A stretch of 64,000 nucleotides of DNA, from contig BCKQ01000003.1 of the NCBI GenBank assembly GCA_001600695.1, positions 57,413 through 121,412 of the forward strand. The letters run 5' to 3'. The notes under the pieces are model-generated. The model ran no database searches. It was not told the origin of the DNA and saw only the letters and a list, made by a program, of their open reading frames with translations. Source of the stretch: Ascoidea asiatica JCM 7603. Taxonomy: Eukaryota; Fungi; Ascomycota. The position numbers were made by a program, and so were the translations under genes. Of this stretch, positions 49,562-62,900 are shown piece by piece; position 1 is the stretch's first letter; every line of letters starts with the position of its first letter.

Positions 49562-51889
49562 CTAATGATGGAAGTGCATACAGCGCAAAACCAAATAAGA
49601 TTCAACATTGTGCAGGCGTAGGCATATATCCCACCGTAACTTTATAATAAACCCGGCGCATAATCGTATATCGATAGAAAAACATGTAAGACGTACCATA
49701 ATATGGTAATATGGTTAGGTCCCTGCGGTGAATGAATCAATCTCAATCACCACAAGTAATCAATATTGAATTAATGGAAATCTTCAAATAATACAGTATA
49801 ACATTAGGATAATAAAATTTATAGAATAACTTGACTATTTTGCCAAATATTCTATTTATTTTTATAATTGATTATTTGATTCTCCTGGATTTTCCAATTA
49901 ATAGCTATAGCTTATTACTGTGAATGAGATATCTTATGAACCCATTTTGAAAAGAAAAAAAGTAGAACGGTAATAGCTTCCTGAAAAGAATGGAAATTTT
50001 CAACATTCCAGAATTACAACATTTGTTGCAAAAGAAAATTAAACAAAAACCCACCAGCCATAAAGTTTTAAAATAGTTAATATGAAAAAATAATGTCCTG
50101 GGAATCTGAAAAAGAAGAATTTTATTCTTGATCTTGGAGAGAAAGATTCTAATGTTAATATGTTTCCTAGGTTTCTCAGCAAGGTAAAGAATGCTATAAC
50201 ACTATAAAAAATGCAAAATATTATTTCAGAACAATCAGAAAATACAGAACTGTACTCTATAACGTTAACCTAACTAAACATGTATGCTATCATAGTTATA
50301 ATTTGTTAGAAGATTGAGTCGGCGCAATGTTGAGGCCAGGCAACAGCGCAACACGGTGGACTTTTCGCTTTTCCCTTTTTTATTAATGTACTTGCTAAGT
50401 TAGTAGTTACTAGGGATACAAGTATAATAAAAGCATTTTCCTACAGCAGTAAAAGTCTTAGTGCAGATAATTTTAACGGTTGTCCAAGGTGCGGCAAGCA
50501 ACTGTGCATTTGAACCACTTAACCGGCGTGCGCAGCTGAGCTAAGCTGCGCTTACAACACCGACACTGTGCAAAAAATTCTCCAGCCCCAACCAATATAT
50601 AAACGTAATGTTCCAGGCTGTTTGGTCACACGCAGTTCATCTCAAACCTTCAGATCTATCGTTTGTGGACAACCCATTCTAAAATCAGTGAAGTGATACT
50701 CTACAGTACGCAACTCTAGTCTTCTTACTGCTAGCTAAAATATCTCTACTCATATATTCAAGCAAAGTAATTCTTTACCATTAAGGGAATGCTAACGATA
50801 TAAGAACTGCAAAAAAAACTGGGAAGCTTGTGCTAAAGAAAAAATCAAAAAGCGTCAACTTAAGAGTCACTTTTTGACTTTTCGACTACCATGATAAAGG
50901 TAGTGATTTTAATTATAGATGCTAGTAACAAAAAAGTGTAATGGAACACAGAGGCGGGCTGTGCGATTCTGCACACTTTGTGCCGCTCTTGTTTGAATAT
51001 GAGAGTAAGGAAGTGTGCTTAGTAAGTCAGATGTTTTGAACGGTACTGACTTGTGCAACGCTGGTTTGTGCGCAAAAGATAGTGCTGCACCACCGCGTCT
51101 ACCGTTGGATGTGCAGACACACACGCTTACTTATGCAGCTCTACTGCACTAAATAACGTGCTTTTCTTGCTTGCCTTTTTTACTTCCAAGCGAATAGCGT
51201 CCGCTTTGGCGCTAGTACTATCCCCAGGTGCAATCAGCTGCCCAATACACTTTGTTAGTGTCACTATGTGAACAACAGTGCAGCGCACTTCCGACCCAGT
51301 TACACGCATGCTCTGATTCAAGCAGAAGTTGTGCTGCTGTGGACACCACCTTTTTTTTTCTACTGTACTTACTACTGGTACAGTACTAGTATTATTTTAT
51401 TCTTTAAACATTTTCTTTTCTTCTTCTTTCTTAACTTCATATTCTTTTTTGATTTCTTTCTTTCTTTTGCTTTTTTCATAAAGGTTTATTCAAAGCCAAT
51501 TGTACTGAATTAATTTGATTTTTAATATTTAATTTTTTTCTACTTTTTTTGTTTTAGATAAAAATATTTCCCTAATACTTTCTTTCAAATTTCAATATAC
51601 TGTATCCTGAATTTCCTGTCTCTACTTCTTCTCCTTTCTCGATATTGAATATTTTTCTTTTAGTTTATCCTTTCATTTGTATTAACTTATTATACTGATA
51701 TAAAATATTTAAATTCATTTTTCTTTTTTTTGACTCCAATTAAGAAAAAAGAACTCTCCATTTTATTACTTAATTCTATTCTTATTAAAAATTATTCCTT
51801 GTCCTTTCTCGTTCTTTTCCTCAAAATATAGGTATAAGCAATAGTACCATAAAGAAGTAACTTTTTTTCAAAGGCAGTAGCAAAATTTA

Positions 51890-54800
51890 ATGTCTCCTTT
51901 ATCTTATAATATTTCTTATAATTCTAATTCAAATAATCTAATGAATAACTCAAATCAAAAACTTCCTTCAAATGATCAAATGATTTCAAACAATTATAAT
52001 AACTCTCCAACTGGAAAAGAAAACATCTATTCTCTGCGATCAGTACCAATAAATTCTGTGAATTATGAAACTCAAAAAAATAATATAAACTCTTATTCAA
52101 TCAATCATTCTGAAATGAATCACCCTTCTACTTATCAAAATTTTAATCAAAATATAAATCAATCTTCGAATCAATCTTACAATTATTCTCCTAATTCTCT
52201 GGTTCAAAACCAAAATCAAATTCAGTCATATCCTCTTCCTTCTCAACCTCAACTGATTCAACAGCAATATCCTTCTCAGCCTCAATATAACAGAATTCAA
52301 CAACTTCAATCTAAAGTTTCCACCAACACACTTGTTTCTTCTCAGATATCTCCCCAATCTCAACCTCAATCACAGCCTTTACCATCCCAATCTTACTATC
52401 AAAATCCTTCCAATTTATCTCAGTATTCTACTTATAATCAATACCCTTATCAAACTCAAAATCCGAATCCAAATCAGTTTCAAAATGAGAATCAATTTCA
52501 AAATCCACCTCATCCTCCATCTCAATTTCAACAACCTTTTCAACAATTACCACCACTTCAACCATTACAATCTTTAGAATCTTTACAACCACCTCAATCT
52601 CAAATACGATCTAATCCTAATATTCTAAAGCAATATCCTTTATCTTATAATTCTCAAGAAAACCCTCAGTTCAATTCAGGATTTTCTCAGTCTATCCCAA
52701 TTAATGAACCTCCAAATTTGAATTATCCAAAAAAAACCTTAGCTAATGCTCCTTCAATCATCCAGCAAAATAACTCAAATAATCCAATTAACCCAATCAA
52801 TTCAAACAATTCAAACAATTCTCCTAAAAGTTGTCTGTCAACTTCAAATACTCCAAAAATTCAAGCCACTAAATTTCAACCGAAAAATACTTCCTTATCT
52901 GAATCGAATCATTCAAAATTAGATGAGCAAATCCAATATAATTCGAATAGCAATTCCAATAACAATTTAAATAATTATTCAAATAATAATTCTAATTCAC
53001 AGTTTAATAATACAAGAGACTCTTTAAAAAATAATCATAATAATTGTAATTCAGATGATAATCCAAGCTCCAATTTAAATTCATCTCAAGCAGATATGAC
53101 ATGTAATTCCTATAATTCAACCGAAGTAACTCGAAGTAATATTAATAATAGGTCATATGTAACAAATAACTCAAATTCCTTAATTTCAAAGTCAGATTCT
53201 TCAATGGATCATCAGCAAGAATATAAATATAGAAATTCAAATAATTTAGATAATCCTTCCACATACTCGGATTCCACTTCAAATTTAGCAGTAAATCCAA
53301 AAACCAATTTTAATACAAACTCAAGTACAAATTCAAATTCCAAATCTACCTCTAATTCAAATAATCCACTTCTTCCATATGGTATGAGACCCAGAGTCGC
53401 AACAACAATGTGGGAAGATGAAAATACAATCTGTTATCAAGTTGATGCAAATGGTGTTTCTGTAGTTAGAAGAACTGATAATAATATGATTAATGGTACT
53501 AAATTGTTAAATGTTGCAAGAATGACAAGAGGTAGAAGGGATGGAATATTAAAAGCTGAAAAAATTAGACATGTTGTTAAAATTGGATCAATGCATTTGA
53601 AAGGTGTTTGGATACCTTTTGAAAGAGCTTTAGCTATTGCTCAAAGGGAAGGCATTGTGGATTTATTATATCCCTTATTTGTAAGAGATATTAAAAAAGT
53701 TTTGCATTATTCTCCATCAATTGCAAATAGAGCATATTATCCAGTAGCATATAAAAACTCTACAACATCTGTTGAAAATGGAGTTTCCAACACTGAAGAT
53801 CAAATTACTATTAACCCCTCTTCACTTTCTTCAAACGCTGCTGCTCAATCAAATGAAAGATTTACCAATCAATCTTCTATTACCACTACTACTACCAATA
53901 CTCTCACTACTAATAATAATAGTAATAATAATAAAAATAATAATAATGGATATTCGAGTTATAATTCAGCAATAAGACAAGATGAAGAGGTCTCACCAAA
54001 ATCCTTACCAAGATCTAGTTTACCAGAAATAAAGCCAATCATGAAAACAGATCCGTTAAACAATGTAAATAATAGCACAAGTTATGAAAATGAAAAAATA
54101 AATAAATATCATTACCCGAGTGCCAATACAAGTCTCAATCCTCAGCCAGTTCTCCCAATTCAAAAAATTCAACCTTTAATGTCTGCTCAATTAACTGGCC
54201 AAGTTCATGGCCAAATTCCTGTTTCAATTCCTATACAAGCACCATTAAAAGCACCATTATCTGTTGCTCAACAAGTGCCTGTACAATCAAATCCCAAAGC
54301 TGAAGTTGGTGCGGAAATACAGTCTCAATATCAGTCTCAGCCTGTGTCTCAAATGCAAAATTCTTATCAGGGTCAATATCCGAGTCAATATGGATATCAA
54401 CAAGGTAAAATAGTACCACCTGTCCAACAACCACACCATTCACAACAATATTATCAATATCCAAACTATAGTAATGCAGCTAATAATGCCCTTGCTTCAC
54501 AACAATATCCATATTATGGGGGATATCCAGGAAATGGATATGGAAATAATGGTTATACAAATGGAAATTCTAATATTAACTCAACGGGTTATTCAAATGA
54601 ATATTCCAATGGGTATTATCCCAACTCATATGCAAAACCGAATAATGATTATTACTCTTCAGCTAAAACCGAATTGCAGGATTCAACATTAGTTACTTCT
54701 GAAAATGTGAATAGTTCAGAAATTTCGAACCCGATTTCAAAACCAATCCCAAGTACAACTCAAATTAAATCTCAAGTTGAAATAAAAGATTCAAGAACAA

Positions 54801-54898
54801 GAAGTCTTGAGAATTATCAATTAAATAGAGAAGAAAACAAAAATGGTGATATGAATAGTTATTCCAGTTATAATAGTAGTAATGTGCCAGCGAAATAG
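51890..54898 (+). CDS. SOK2: APSES transcription factor (Sok2/Phd1, Candida Efg1, StuA family)
   Basis: [81 protein letters not shown]; Q/N/P-rich flanks. Confidence 0.95.
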   Translation: MSPLSYNISYNSNSNNLMNNSNQKLPSNDQMISNNYNNSPTGKENIYSLRSVPINSVNYETQKNNINSYSINHSEMNHPSTYQNFNQNINQSSNQSYNYSPNSLVQNQNQIQSYPLPSQPQLIQQQYPSQPQYNRIQQLQSKVSTNTLVSSQISPQSQPQSQPLPSQSYYQNPSNLSQYSTYNQYPYQTQNPNPNQFQNENQFQNPPHPPSQFQQPFQQLPPLQPLQSLESLQPPQSQIRSNPNILKQYPLSYNSQENPQFNSGFSQSIPINEPPNLNYPKKTLANAPSIIQQNNSNNPINPINSNNSNNSPKSCLSTSNTPKIQATKFQPKNTSLSESNHSKLDEQIQYNSNSNSNNNLNNYSNNNSNSQFNNTRDSLKNNHNNCNSDDNPSSNLNSSQADMTCNSYNSTEVTRSNINNRSYVTNNSNSLISKSDSSMDHQQEYKYRNSNNLDNPSTYSDSTSNLAVNPKTNFNTNSSTNSNSKSTSNSNNPLLPYGMRPRVATTMWEDENTICYQVDANGVSVVRRTDNNMINGTKLLNVARMTRGRRDGILKAEKIRHVVKIGSMHLKGVWIPFERALAIAQREGIVDLLYPLFVRDIKKVLHYSPSIANRAYYPVAYKNSTTSVENGVSNTEDQITINPSSLSSNAAAQSNERFTNQSSITTTTTNTLTTNNNSNNNKNNNNGYSSYNSAIRQDEEVSPKSLPRSSLPEIKPIMKTDPLNNVNNSTSYENEKINKYHYPSANTSLNPQPVLPIQKIQPLMSAQLTGQVHGQIPVSIPIQAPLKAPLSVAQQVPVQSNPKAEVGAEIQSQYQSQPVSQMQNSYQGQYPSQYGYQQGKIVPPVQQPHHSQQYYQYPNYSNAANNALASQQYPYYGGYPGNGYGNNGYTNGNSNINSTGYSNEYSNGYYPNSYAKPNNDYYSSAKTELQDSTLVTSENVNSSEISNPISKPIPSTTQIKSQVEIKDSRTRSLENYQLNREENKNGDMNSYSSYNSSNVPAK

Positions 54899-55479
54899 AG
54901 ATTCAACTTAGAAGGTTCTTTTTTTTTTCTATAGCAAAGGTAAACTATAATATATCGTTATAGTGATGGTATATTATTTGGTAAAATAGTATAATATAGA
55001 ACTTTAATATAATATAACATAATATAATACAATACAATTTAATCAAATAACCTAATATAATCAATATAATCAAATTGACTACAATAAATCTGTAGGTCAA
55101 ATAACCCAAATAGGAGTAGCCAATCTAGGAAACGTTTTTCCAGGGCATTTTAAGCCCGCAAAATCCAACCTAGAAGCGCAGCAACAATGTTGTGGTTGCT
55201 TACATCAACGCTATTTTGACGTGCTTACGCGTGAGCATAAAAATGCATTTATTTTGCTTACGCGCTTTTTGAAACGTCCGTATGCATCATATGCATGTTG
55301 GCTGCACAATACACCGTTGGAGAAATAAAAAATGTGTGCAGCAGGCAACACGCTTTTTATAACGCAATTTTTACGCCTTCGGCAGAATTGGCTAAAAAGA
55401 TTAACGTGATACCTCGGAACTCATATATTGTGGCTAGTGACAGTCGGGTAAGTGTTTTAAGACGCAGAATAATGAAAAG

Positions 55480-55542
55480 AAAATGACCAGTAACATTAAT
55501 AATAATATCAAGTGAATAATTATTACTGTTACTGGTCATTTT
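55480..55542. repeat. 24-bp inverted repeat (1 mismatch, 15-nt spacer)
   Basis: aaaatgaccagtaacattaataat ... attattactgttactggtcatttt. Confidence 0.9.
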
Positions 55543-55786
55543 TGAAACGGAACTGAACAGCTGTGCTTACGTAATCAAATGGTTACATTAATGCTTAATT
55601 CAAGAAAGATAAACATAATAATAAGATCGATAATTTTCTATGATTAAATTTTTATTTATATAAAATTACGCATTATCAATAAATGGGGATACTAAGACTA
55701 ATTAAATAATACAATTTAAAAGGATTATCAAATCATTAACAAAATAATATTTTTTTTGCCTTCTAGTTTTGTAACTTTTCTTAAAG

Positions 55787-56386
55787 ATGATTTTTCAAAT
55801 AAAGATAAAAATAAGGATAAAACAAAGAAATTTTTCAAGTTTATGTTCCAAAATTGAATATCCTCAATTTGAAAACTCTAAATATGATTATGGATTTTAT
55901 AATTTAGTAAGTAAAAAAAAAGAGATAGAAAAAAATAATTTTCAGAAAATCAAAAAAAGTTTTGTATTTGAAGGTAATACAAAAGGTATTTCCGAGACAC
56001 CAGAAGCAAGAATGGATAAATTATTCGGAGGTAGAATTAGAGGAGATAGACCAAGATCTAGAATGAAAGTGAATAAAAAACCAGTTAATGTTGCAGGCAT
56101 TATAATACCACCAAAACCAATACAACCAGATAATTGTTGTATGAGTGGATGTGTAAATTGTGTTTGGGAAATTTATAACGATGAATTAAAAGAGTGGAAA
56201 GAACAAAGAAACTTGGCCAGGATAGAATTGAATAAAAGAGGAGAAGATCCAATAAAAGTTAATTTATTAACAAAAGAGATTGAAAAAGATGGATGGGAAG
56301 ATGTACCAATTGGAATGAAAGCATTTGCAGAAATGGAAAAAAAATTGAAAGCAAAAAGGGAAAGGAAAAGAATAGGATATGAATAA
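55787..56386 (+). CDS. DPC25: Mitochondrial oxidoreductase-like domain protein (YPL107W/UPF0651 family)
   Basis: VAGIIIPPKPIQPDNCCMSGCVNCVWEIY, FGGRIRG, VPIGMKAFAEMEKKLK; basic presequence. Confidence 0.85.
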   Translation: MIFQIKIKIRIKQRNFSSLCSKIEYPQFENSKYDYGFYNLVSKKKEIEKNNFQKIKKSFVFEGNTKGISETPEARMDKLFGGRIRGDRPRSRMKVNKKPVNVAGIIIPPKPIQPDNCCMSGCVNCVWEIYNDELKEWKEQRNLARIELNKRGEDPIKVNLLTKEIEKDGWEDVPIGMKAFAEMEKKLKAKRERKRIGYE

Positions 56387-57242
56387 GTATATGAGTAAAT
56401 GATTATTTATTTATTTATCTATTTACATATAATTCAAGAATTGAATTTTACTTCTTAATGTCATTACCAACCTTTGATTTCTTATTTTCAATAAGATTTC
56501 TTGTATAAAAAAATAAAGCAAAGGCTATCCATAATTTCGGGAACTAAAATGAAGATGAATAGTTAATGATAGATTAGATATATTAGTTTTATGGTTAGTA
56601 AATAATAGAATATATGAATATAATTCTAAATATAACATACGTGAGCTATTATAAAATCTTGTAAATTATATGGTAAAGGAAATGGAAATATTCCACTATA
56701 AATGGAAGAATAAATAGCAGAAGAAGTGAACAAAATTAAAGATATATCAGTATTTGTATTGGTGATCATTTTTTCAATTCTTTTTATCTTGATTAATTAA
56801 CAAATTAAAACTGAATATGATAAAATAAATGAAAAGGGAATCAGAAAGGATTTTATACAGTATCTATCCACCCTCTTCAATCACTGTAATTATACAGTTA
56901 CTACCGGTACGGTTGTAGTATTAGTTGCAGTTCTCGTTTCAGTAACGTTATTTTCGCAGATGAAAAACTCAGCTCACTAGATTCTGGATTAAACCCATGA
57001 TTTCGGTCTCTTATAGACACGTGTGTATTTATCAGGGTCCATTCGAATATTTCGGATGTAATTATAACGGATTTAAAATTTCCAATTATATCCGCAACAT
57101 GGACAGTAACTATAATATGTTTTAACAATCCATAATTATCCGCGTCTTATTTTTTTACAAATCCTTCCAAAGACACGGAGCACACTTTATTAAGGAAGCG
57201 TGACCTGAAGCACCTGCTATTTTCCTTAATTTTCTCCATTTT

Positions 57243-57265
57243 TTCCAGTTTTTTCTAGATTTTTC
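57243..57265 (+). promoter_or_regulatory. Step-type heat-shock element upstream of SSC1
   Basis: TTC at 57243, 57253 and 57263 (TTC-N7-TTC-N7-TTC), with further TTC at 57222 and 57232. Confidence 0.55.
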
Positions 57266-57642
57266 CACGTCTGCACAAATTCCACGCAGAATCTCAAAAT
57301 TTCTGTTCTTTTTTGCCTTCTCTGAAAGATTTTTCATTTTCTTCTTTTGCCTTTCTCTTTTAAATCTTTTCAATTTAATAATACTCACAAAAATTATCTT
57401 CATATTAATTAGTTTGATTGTATTAAATATATATATATCTAGTTTTTTATTTATAATATTTATTATTCTTTAATTTATTAGTTAATTCATCAATTCTGTA
57501 TTTATTTAATCTCGCTTGTATATAATATTATTAAAGCTTATAAATTCTATTTCTTTTAATATCTCTTTCAAATTTAATCAAAACTAAATTAAAATTTATC
57601 AAATTATCTTTAATATAAATAAAATAAAATAACCTCAAAAAA

Positions 57643-59604
57643 ATGTATTCTGCTAAAAATTCAGTTTTAAAGTCTTTATCAAAATTACCAACTTTAAAAA
57701 GATTCAATACAACCAATGCTCCAAAAGTTCAAGGTACAATAATTGGTGTTGATTTAGGTACAACAAATTCTGCTGTTGCAGTAATGGAAGGTAAAACTCC
57801 CAAAATCTTAGAAAATGCTGAAGGTTCAAGAACAACACCATCTGTTGTTGCTTTTACAAAAGATGGTGAAAGATTAGTTGGTATACCTGCCAAAAGACAA
57901 GCTGTTGTTAACCCAGAAAATACTCTTTTCGCAACAAAAAGATTGATTGGTAGAAGATTTCAAGATACTGAGGTTCAAAGAGATCTTAATCAAGTTCCTT
58001 ATAATATTGTAAAAAATCAAAATGGTGATGCATGGATCAAAGTTAATGATCAAACTTATTCTCCTGCTCAAATTGGTGGGTTTGTTTTAAATAAAATGAA
58101 AGAAACTGCAGAAGCCGCTTTAGGTAAGACAATTAAAAATGCTGTTGTTACAGTTCCTGCTTATTTTAATGATGCTCAAAGATTAGCAACTAAAAATGCA
58201 GGTCAAATTGTTGGTTTAAATGTTTTAAGAGTTGTTAATGAACCAACTGCTGCTGCTTTAGCTTATGGTTTAGATAAACAAGATTCTGAGCAAGTTGTTG
58301 CTGTTTTTGATTTAGGTGGAGGTACTTTTGATATTTCAATCTTAGATATTGATAATGGTGTATTTGAAGTTAAATCTACTAATGGTGATACTCATCTTGG
58401 TGGTGAAGATTTTGACATTGTTTTAGTTAGACATATTGTTCAAAATTTCAAAAAAGAAAGTGGTATTGATTTACAAAATGATAGAATGGCTATTCAAAGA
58501 ATTAGAGAAGCTTCTGAAAAGGCTAAAATTGAATTATCTTCAACTGTTTCAACTGATATAAATTTACCTTTTATTACTGCTGATGCTTCTGGTCCAAAAC
58601 ATATTAATATGAAATTATCAAGATCTCAATTTGAATCTTTGGTTGAACCTTTAATTAATAAAACTATTGATCCTGTTAAAAAAGCTTTAAAAGATGCTAA
58701 TTTATCAACCTCAGACATTTCTGAAGTTTTATTAGTTGGTGGTATGACAAGAATGCCAAAAGTTGTTTCAACTGTTAAAAAATTATTTGGTAAAGAACCT
58801 TCAAAAGCTGTTAACCCTGATGAAGCTGTTGCAATGGGTGCTGCAATTCAAGGTGCTGTTTTATCTGGTGAAGTTACTGATGTTTTATTATTAGATGTTG
58901 CTCCATTATCTTTAGGTATTGAAACTTTAGGTGGTGTTTTCACTAGATTAATTACAAGAAACACAACTATTCCAACTAAAAAATCTCAAATTTTCTCGAC
59001 TGCTGCTTCTGGTCAAACTTCTGTTGAAATTAGAGTTTTCCAAGGTGAAAGAGAATTAGTTAGAGATAATAAATTAATTGGTAATTTTACTCTTAGTGGT
59101 ATTCCACCTGCACCAAAAGGTGTTCCTCAAATTGAAGTTACTTTTGATATTGATGCAGATGGTATCATTAATGTCTCAGCAAAAGATAAGGCTACTAACA
59201 AAGATGCAGCAATCACAGTTGCCGGTTCTTCTGGTCTTACTGATGCTGAAATTGAAAAAATGGTTAACGATGCTGAAAAATATAAAGAAACTGATAAAGC
59301 AAGAAGAGAATCTGTTGAATCTGCTAACAGAGCTGACAGTATATGTAATGATACAGAAAAATCTTTAGAAGAGTTCAAAGATAAAGTTGATGAAGCTGAA
59401 GCTAAATCATTAAAAGAGGAAATTGCTAAATTAAGAGAAATAGTTGCAAAAGCTCAATCTGGGGAAGAAATTTCTGCAGAAGAATTGAAGAGCAAAACTG
59501 AAGAATTGACCCAAAAGTCAATGAAAGTATTTGAACAATTGTATAAAAATGCCGCTAGCGAAGATGCTTCAAAGAAAGATTCCGAAGAACCACCAAAAAA
59601 TTAA
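57643..59604 (+). CDS. SSC1: Mitochondrial matrix Hsp70
   Basis: Presequence, [57 protein letters not shown]; strong codon bias. Confidence 0.97.
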   Translation: MYSAKNSVLKSLSKLPTLKRFNTTNAPKVQGTIIGVDLGTTNSAVAVMEGKTPKILENAEGSRTTPSVVAFTKDGERLVGIPAKRQAVVNPENTLFATKRLIGRRFQDTEVQRDLNQVPYNIVKNQNGDAWIKVNDQTYSPAQIGGFVLNKMKETAEAALGKTIKNAVVTVPAYFNDAQRLATKNAGQIVGLNVLRVVNEPTAAALAYGLDKQDSEQVVAVFDLGGGTFDISILDIDNGVFEVKSTNGDTHLGGEDFDIVLVRHIVQNFKKESGIDLQNDRMAIQRIREASEKAKIELSSTVSTDINLPFITADASGPKHINMKLSRSQFESLVEPLINKTIDPVKKALKDANLSTSDISEVLLVGGMTRMPKVVSTVKKLFGKEPSKAVNPDEAVAMGAAIQGAVLSGEVTDVLLLDVAPLSLGIETLGGVFTRLITRNTTIPTKKSQIFSTAASGQTSVEIRVFQGERELVRDNKLIGNFTLSGIPPAPKGVPQIEVTFDIDADGIINVSAKDKATNKDAAITVAGSSGLTDAEIEKMVNDAEKYKETDKARRESVESANRADSICNDTEKSLEEFKDKVDEAEAKSLKEEIAKLREIVAKAQSGEEISAEELKSKTEELTQKSMKVFEQLYKNAASEDASKKDSEEPPKN

Positions 59605-59947
59605 ACTAAGTTTAATTAAGTCAAATAAAATTTTAGAATCCAATGTAACTTTAGGTTTAAGTTAACCCTACAATAAAATCTTGTACATATATATATATTA
59701 ATGAATTTGGTTATAAATACGAATTAACCTTGAATGAATTTGTTTTCAATTTTTTTTGTAATCAAATATTTTATTTTAACTCTTATTACGAAAAGTTCTT
59801 TGTATGAAAAAAAAAGAAAAAGAAAAAAATGCAAATGCGAATGAGTCCGGTAAGAGGTAGGCAAAAATGTGTTAAGTATAATATAATGCAATTATTTAAA
59901 ACAGTGGAATTCATTTATCAATTCATGTTCGTATTTTTTTTTTTTAA

Positions 59948-61438
59948 TTATTTTGGCGAAGAAACTTTTTGAACTATTCTAAAAATTGAAATTAAAAAAG
60001 TTATTACCCACATTATTAAAATCAAAAATAAGAAAGCAGCCAAAGCTTTTTGTTTTTCACAAATATCATTAAATTTTATAAGTGTTTTGTTTGAAACCTC
60101 AAAAGTTTTAAGGCAAACCCATTGATTATCAAACAAAGTATTGAAAGTTAAAGCTAAATTTGCAGAAGAAAAAATAATAAATAATAAATCTAAAGAAACT
60201 AGTTTAATTTTATCCATTGGATTTCTTAAGCCTACCGGTTGGCCAGAATATTCATCATAAGCAATATAAAGAATATAAATAATAGCAATCGATTGTACAC
60301 AAATAGCCATAAAAGTCGAAGATTGTTGATTTAAATGAATTTTAGAATTGTTTGAATTTTTTTTAGTTGAATTGAAAATTGAAGAAGCTAAAGACAAAGC
60401 AATAATCGATAATAATAACATAAATAATCTTAAGATTAATAAAATATATGGAGAAATTAATAATTTTTTTTTAATTGTTGGCTTCCATTTTTCTCTTTGC
60501 TGAGAAGTCATCCAATATTTTGCTTTTGAAGTTATTTTTGGATCTAAATTTGATTTTTTTGGCGAATTTGTATTTGAATTTTTATTTGAATTCATATTAT
60601 AATAATCTGAGTTTAGCTGTCTTTGTAAACGTTCATGGCCTTGCCATTCACCAGATAAATCTGGTAATTGATATTCATTTTTTTCAAGATCAAGATTTTT
60701 ATAATTGTCATTATCATTATTATCATTATTATCATTATCATCATAATCATCATAATCATCATCGTCATCATATTTTGATACAGGATTTGAATTACCAGTT
60801 GAAGATGAATTATAAGTATTGTATTTGGATTCATTGATGCTTGAAAGTCTTTTATTTATATTATTATTAGAATTTTTGATTCTACTATTACTTTTGATTT
60901 TATTGTCTGTGTTATTATTATGATTATTATTATGATTATTAGATATTGAAAAACCTGGATCGGTTTTTTTGATTATCGAAGGATTATACTCAATTGTTGA
61001 AATGAAATTATTCCAATTATTATTTAAAGAAGTTACAAATAAATCTGCTTGTTCAATATATGAATTTTTTTTATTATTATTTTTATTATTAATTTTGTTA
61101 TTATTATTATTAATATGATTATCTATAATTAAAGAATCCGAATTTATAATTGAATTTGAGTTTGAATTTGAATCAAATAAATCATTATCTTTGAAATGAG
61201 CCTTTGATATACTATCCAAAACAAACGGAGGAATAGTTGTTGCTTCATGATTATAATGATTTATATTGAATCCATTATTATTATCGATATTATTTATATT
61301 ATTTATATTATTATTTATCTTTTTTGTAGAATTTAAATCCGGCAGTCTGATTTTAACATTCGGGGAATATGATTGCTTTTTAGCATTTGAAGAAGAAAAA
61401 GAAGAAGAAGGATAAGCAAGATTTGGAGAGCCTAACAT
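59948..61438 (-). CDS. SRF1: Regulator of phospholipase D, Srf1
   Basis: TIPPFVLD; C-terminal 4-TM domain with QQSSTFMAICVQ, YDEYSGQPVGLRNPMDKIKLVSLDLLFIIFSSANLALTFNTL. Confidence 0.88.
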   Translation of the reverse strand: MLGSPNLAYPSSSFSSSNAKKQSYSPNVKIRLPDLNSTKKINNNINNINNIDNNNGFNINHYNHEATTIPPFVLDSISKAHFKDNDLFDSNSNSNSIINSDSLIIDNHINNNNNKINNKNNNKKNSYIEQADLFVTSLNNNWNNFISTIEYNPSIIKKTDPGFSISNNHNNNHNNNTDNKIKSNSRIKNSNNNINKRLSSINESKYNTYNSSSTGNSNPVSKYDDDDDYDDYDDNDNNDNNDNDNYKNLDLEKNEYQLPDLSGEWQGHERLQRQLNSDYYNMNSNKNSNTNSPKKSNLDPKITSKAKYWMTSQQREKWKPTIKKKLLISPYILLILRLFMLLLSIIALSLASSIFNSTKKNSNNSKIHLNQQSSTFMAICVQSIAIIYILYIAYDEYSGQPVGLRNPMDKIKLVSLDLLFIIFSSANLALTFNTLFDNQWVCLKTFEVSNKTLIKFNDICEKQKALAAFLFLILIMWVITFLISIFRIVQKVSSPK

Positions 61439-62371
61439 ATTGAACTAACGTTAATTTGAAACAAATTGATGCAGAAATTGAATTTGTTATAAATTGAATT
61501 CGATATCAATTGAAAAATGTAATTCAGATGAAATTATATTTGAGACAAACTAAATTTAAAATATGGGGAAATAAAACAGAAGTTAAAGTAGTTGAAAAAG
61601 AATGGTAAAAAAGAATGAAAAATCAAATTAATCTTAGATTAATTGTATTAGTCTTTCAAAATTTTGAACAAAAAGGGAATATGAACATTTGATTCGGAAT
61701 TTTAAGTATTTAAACGAGTTTTCAGTCTATTAATAAAAAGACGAATAAAAATATAGTACATTTAAAATATAATAAAATATTAAATTTACATGTTTCAAGA
61801 AATAAAGAAATAAATTATCAGTCTGTTTATAACTGCTGAATATTAACCATAAGAGGCTGAAAGCGAGCAACCGACCTTTTCCGGTGTATTTTGACGCATT
61901 CCATCCAGAAAAAGGAATATTTTAAAAAACAAATCCGACCACCGACCGTCGTCTAAAATTACGGGTCGACCTCGTAGAAAAGTTTTTTTAAAAAAAAGCC
62001 CAAAATCTTTTGTAATAAAGCGTGTATAGGACATAAACCGTCTTACAACTCCAAAAGTAGCATTTCCTATTATGGTAGTAGCAAATAATGTGTGTTTATG
62101 CTTTATTATGCATTTGAGTAATTTCGGCAATTGCAAAGTAATTTCAGAACTGTGTGGCGGTGTGGCGTTTTACTTATTCAAGAGTTAGAAGTTCATTTCA
62201 AATACTTTTTTTTTAACAATAGGCAAGTAACTATCTACTTGATTTATCAAAAAAATGATTCAATTAACTCTACTATCACATAAACTACTCTGGAATGTCT
62301 ACGTATTTATTCATGCATATACTCTTAGTGCCTTTTTCAAATGATTCAAATAATTCAACTTTTACAAATAA

Positions 62372-62900
62372 TCTATTAGTTGCTTCAATTGCAAATCGAA
62401 TTCAGCTAAGTTAAATTCAATTTCAAACTCAAATTTAACTGAATTAAATGTATCAAAAAATAAAATGACAAAATTTCCAACAGGCTTTTCTACAAATTTA
62501 AAAAAAACAAAATTAAACAATAATTTAATTAAAACATTGAATCTTAATGAATATAAAAATTTAATATACTTGAATGTTTTAAATAGTAAAATTAACCAAT
62601 TTTATAGATATGAGAAATTGATTAATTTTAAAGGTTTGAAAAATCTTGTAATAGACTTAAAATTATCTTTAAAATATGGATATAATTGTATTGAAGATTT
62701 GGATTTAAATAATAAAAAAATAAAATATAAGAACTTGGAACCAAATTTACTAAATATTCAAGAACTTTATGACTACTCAATTGATTTTAGAAAATATGTA
62801 TCAATTATATAGAAATTAGTCGGTTTTATCACTAGAAAAGATTTCAATCGAGACAAAAATTCATTACATTGGAATTATCTAAATCATGAAAGCTCTTGAA
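62372..62900 (+). pseudogene. Leucine-rich-repeat gene relic
   Basis: Frame of ORF 62465 extends upstream to a stop: LTELNVSKNKMTKFP, LKKTKLNNNLIKTL, LIYLNVLNSKINQF (LxxLxLxxNxL pattern). Bounded by in-frame stops. Confidence 0.55.
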
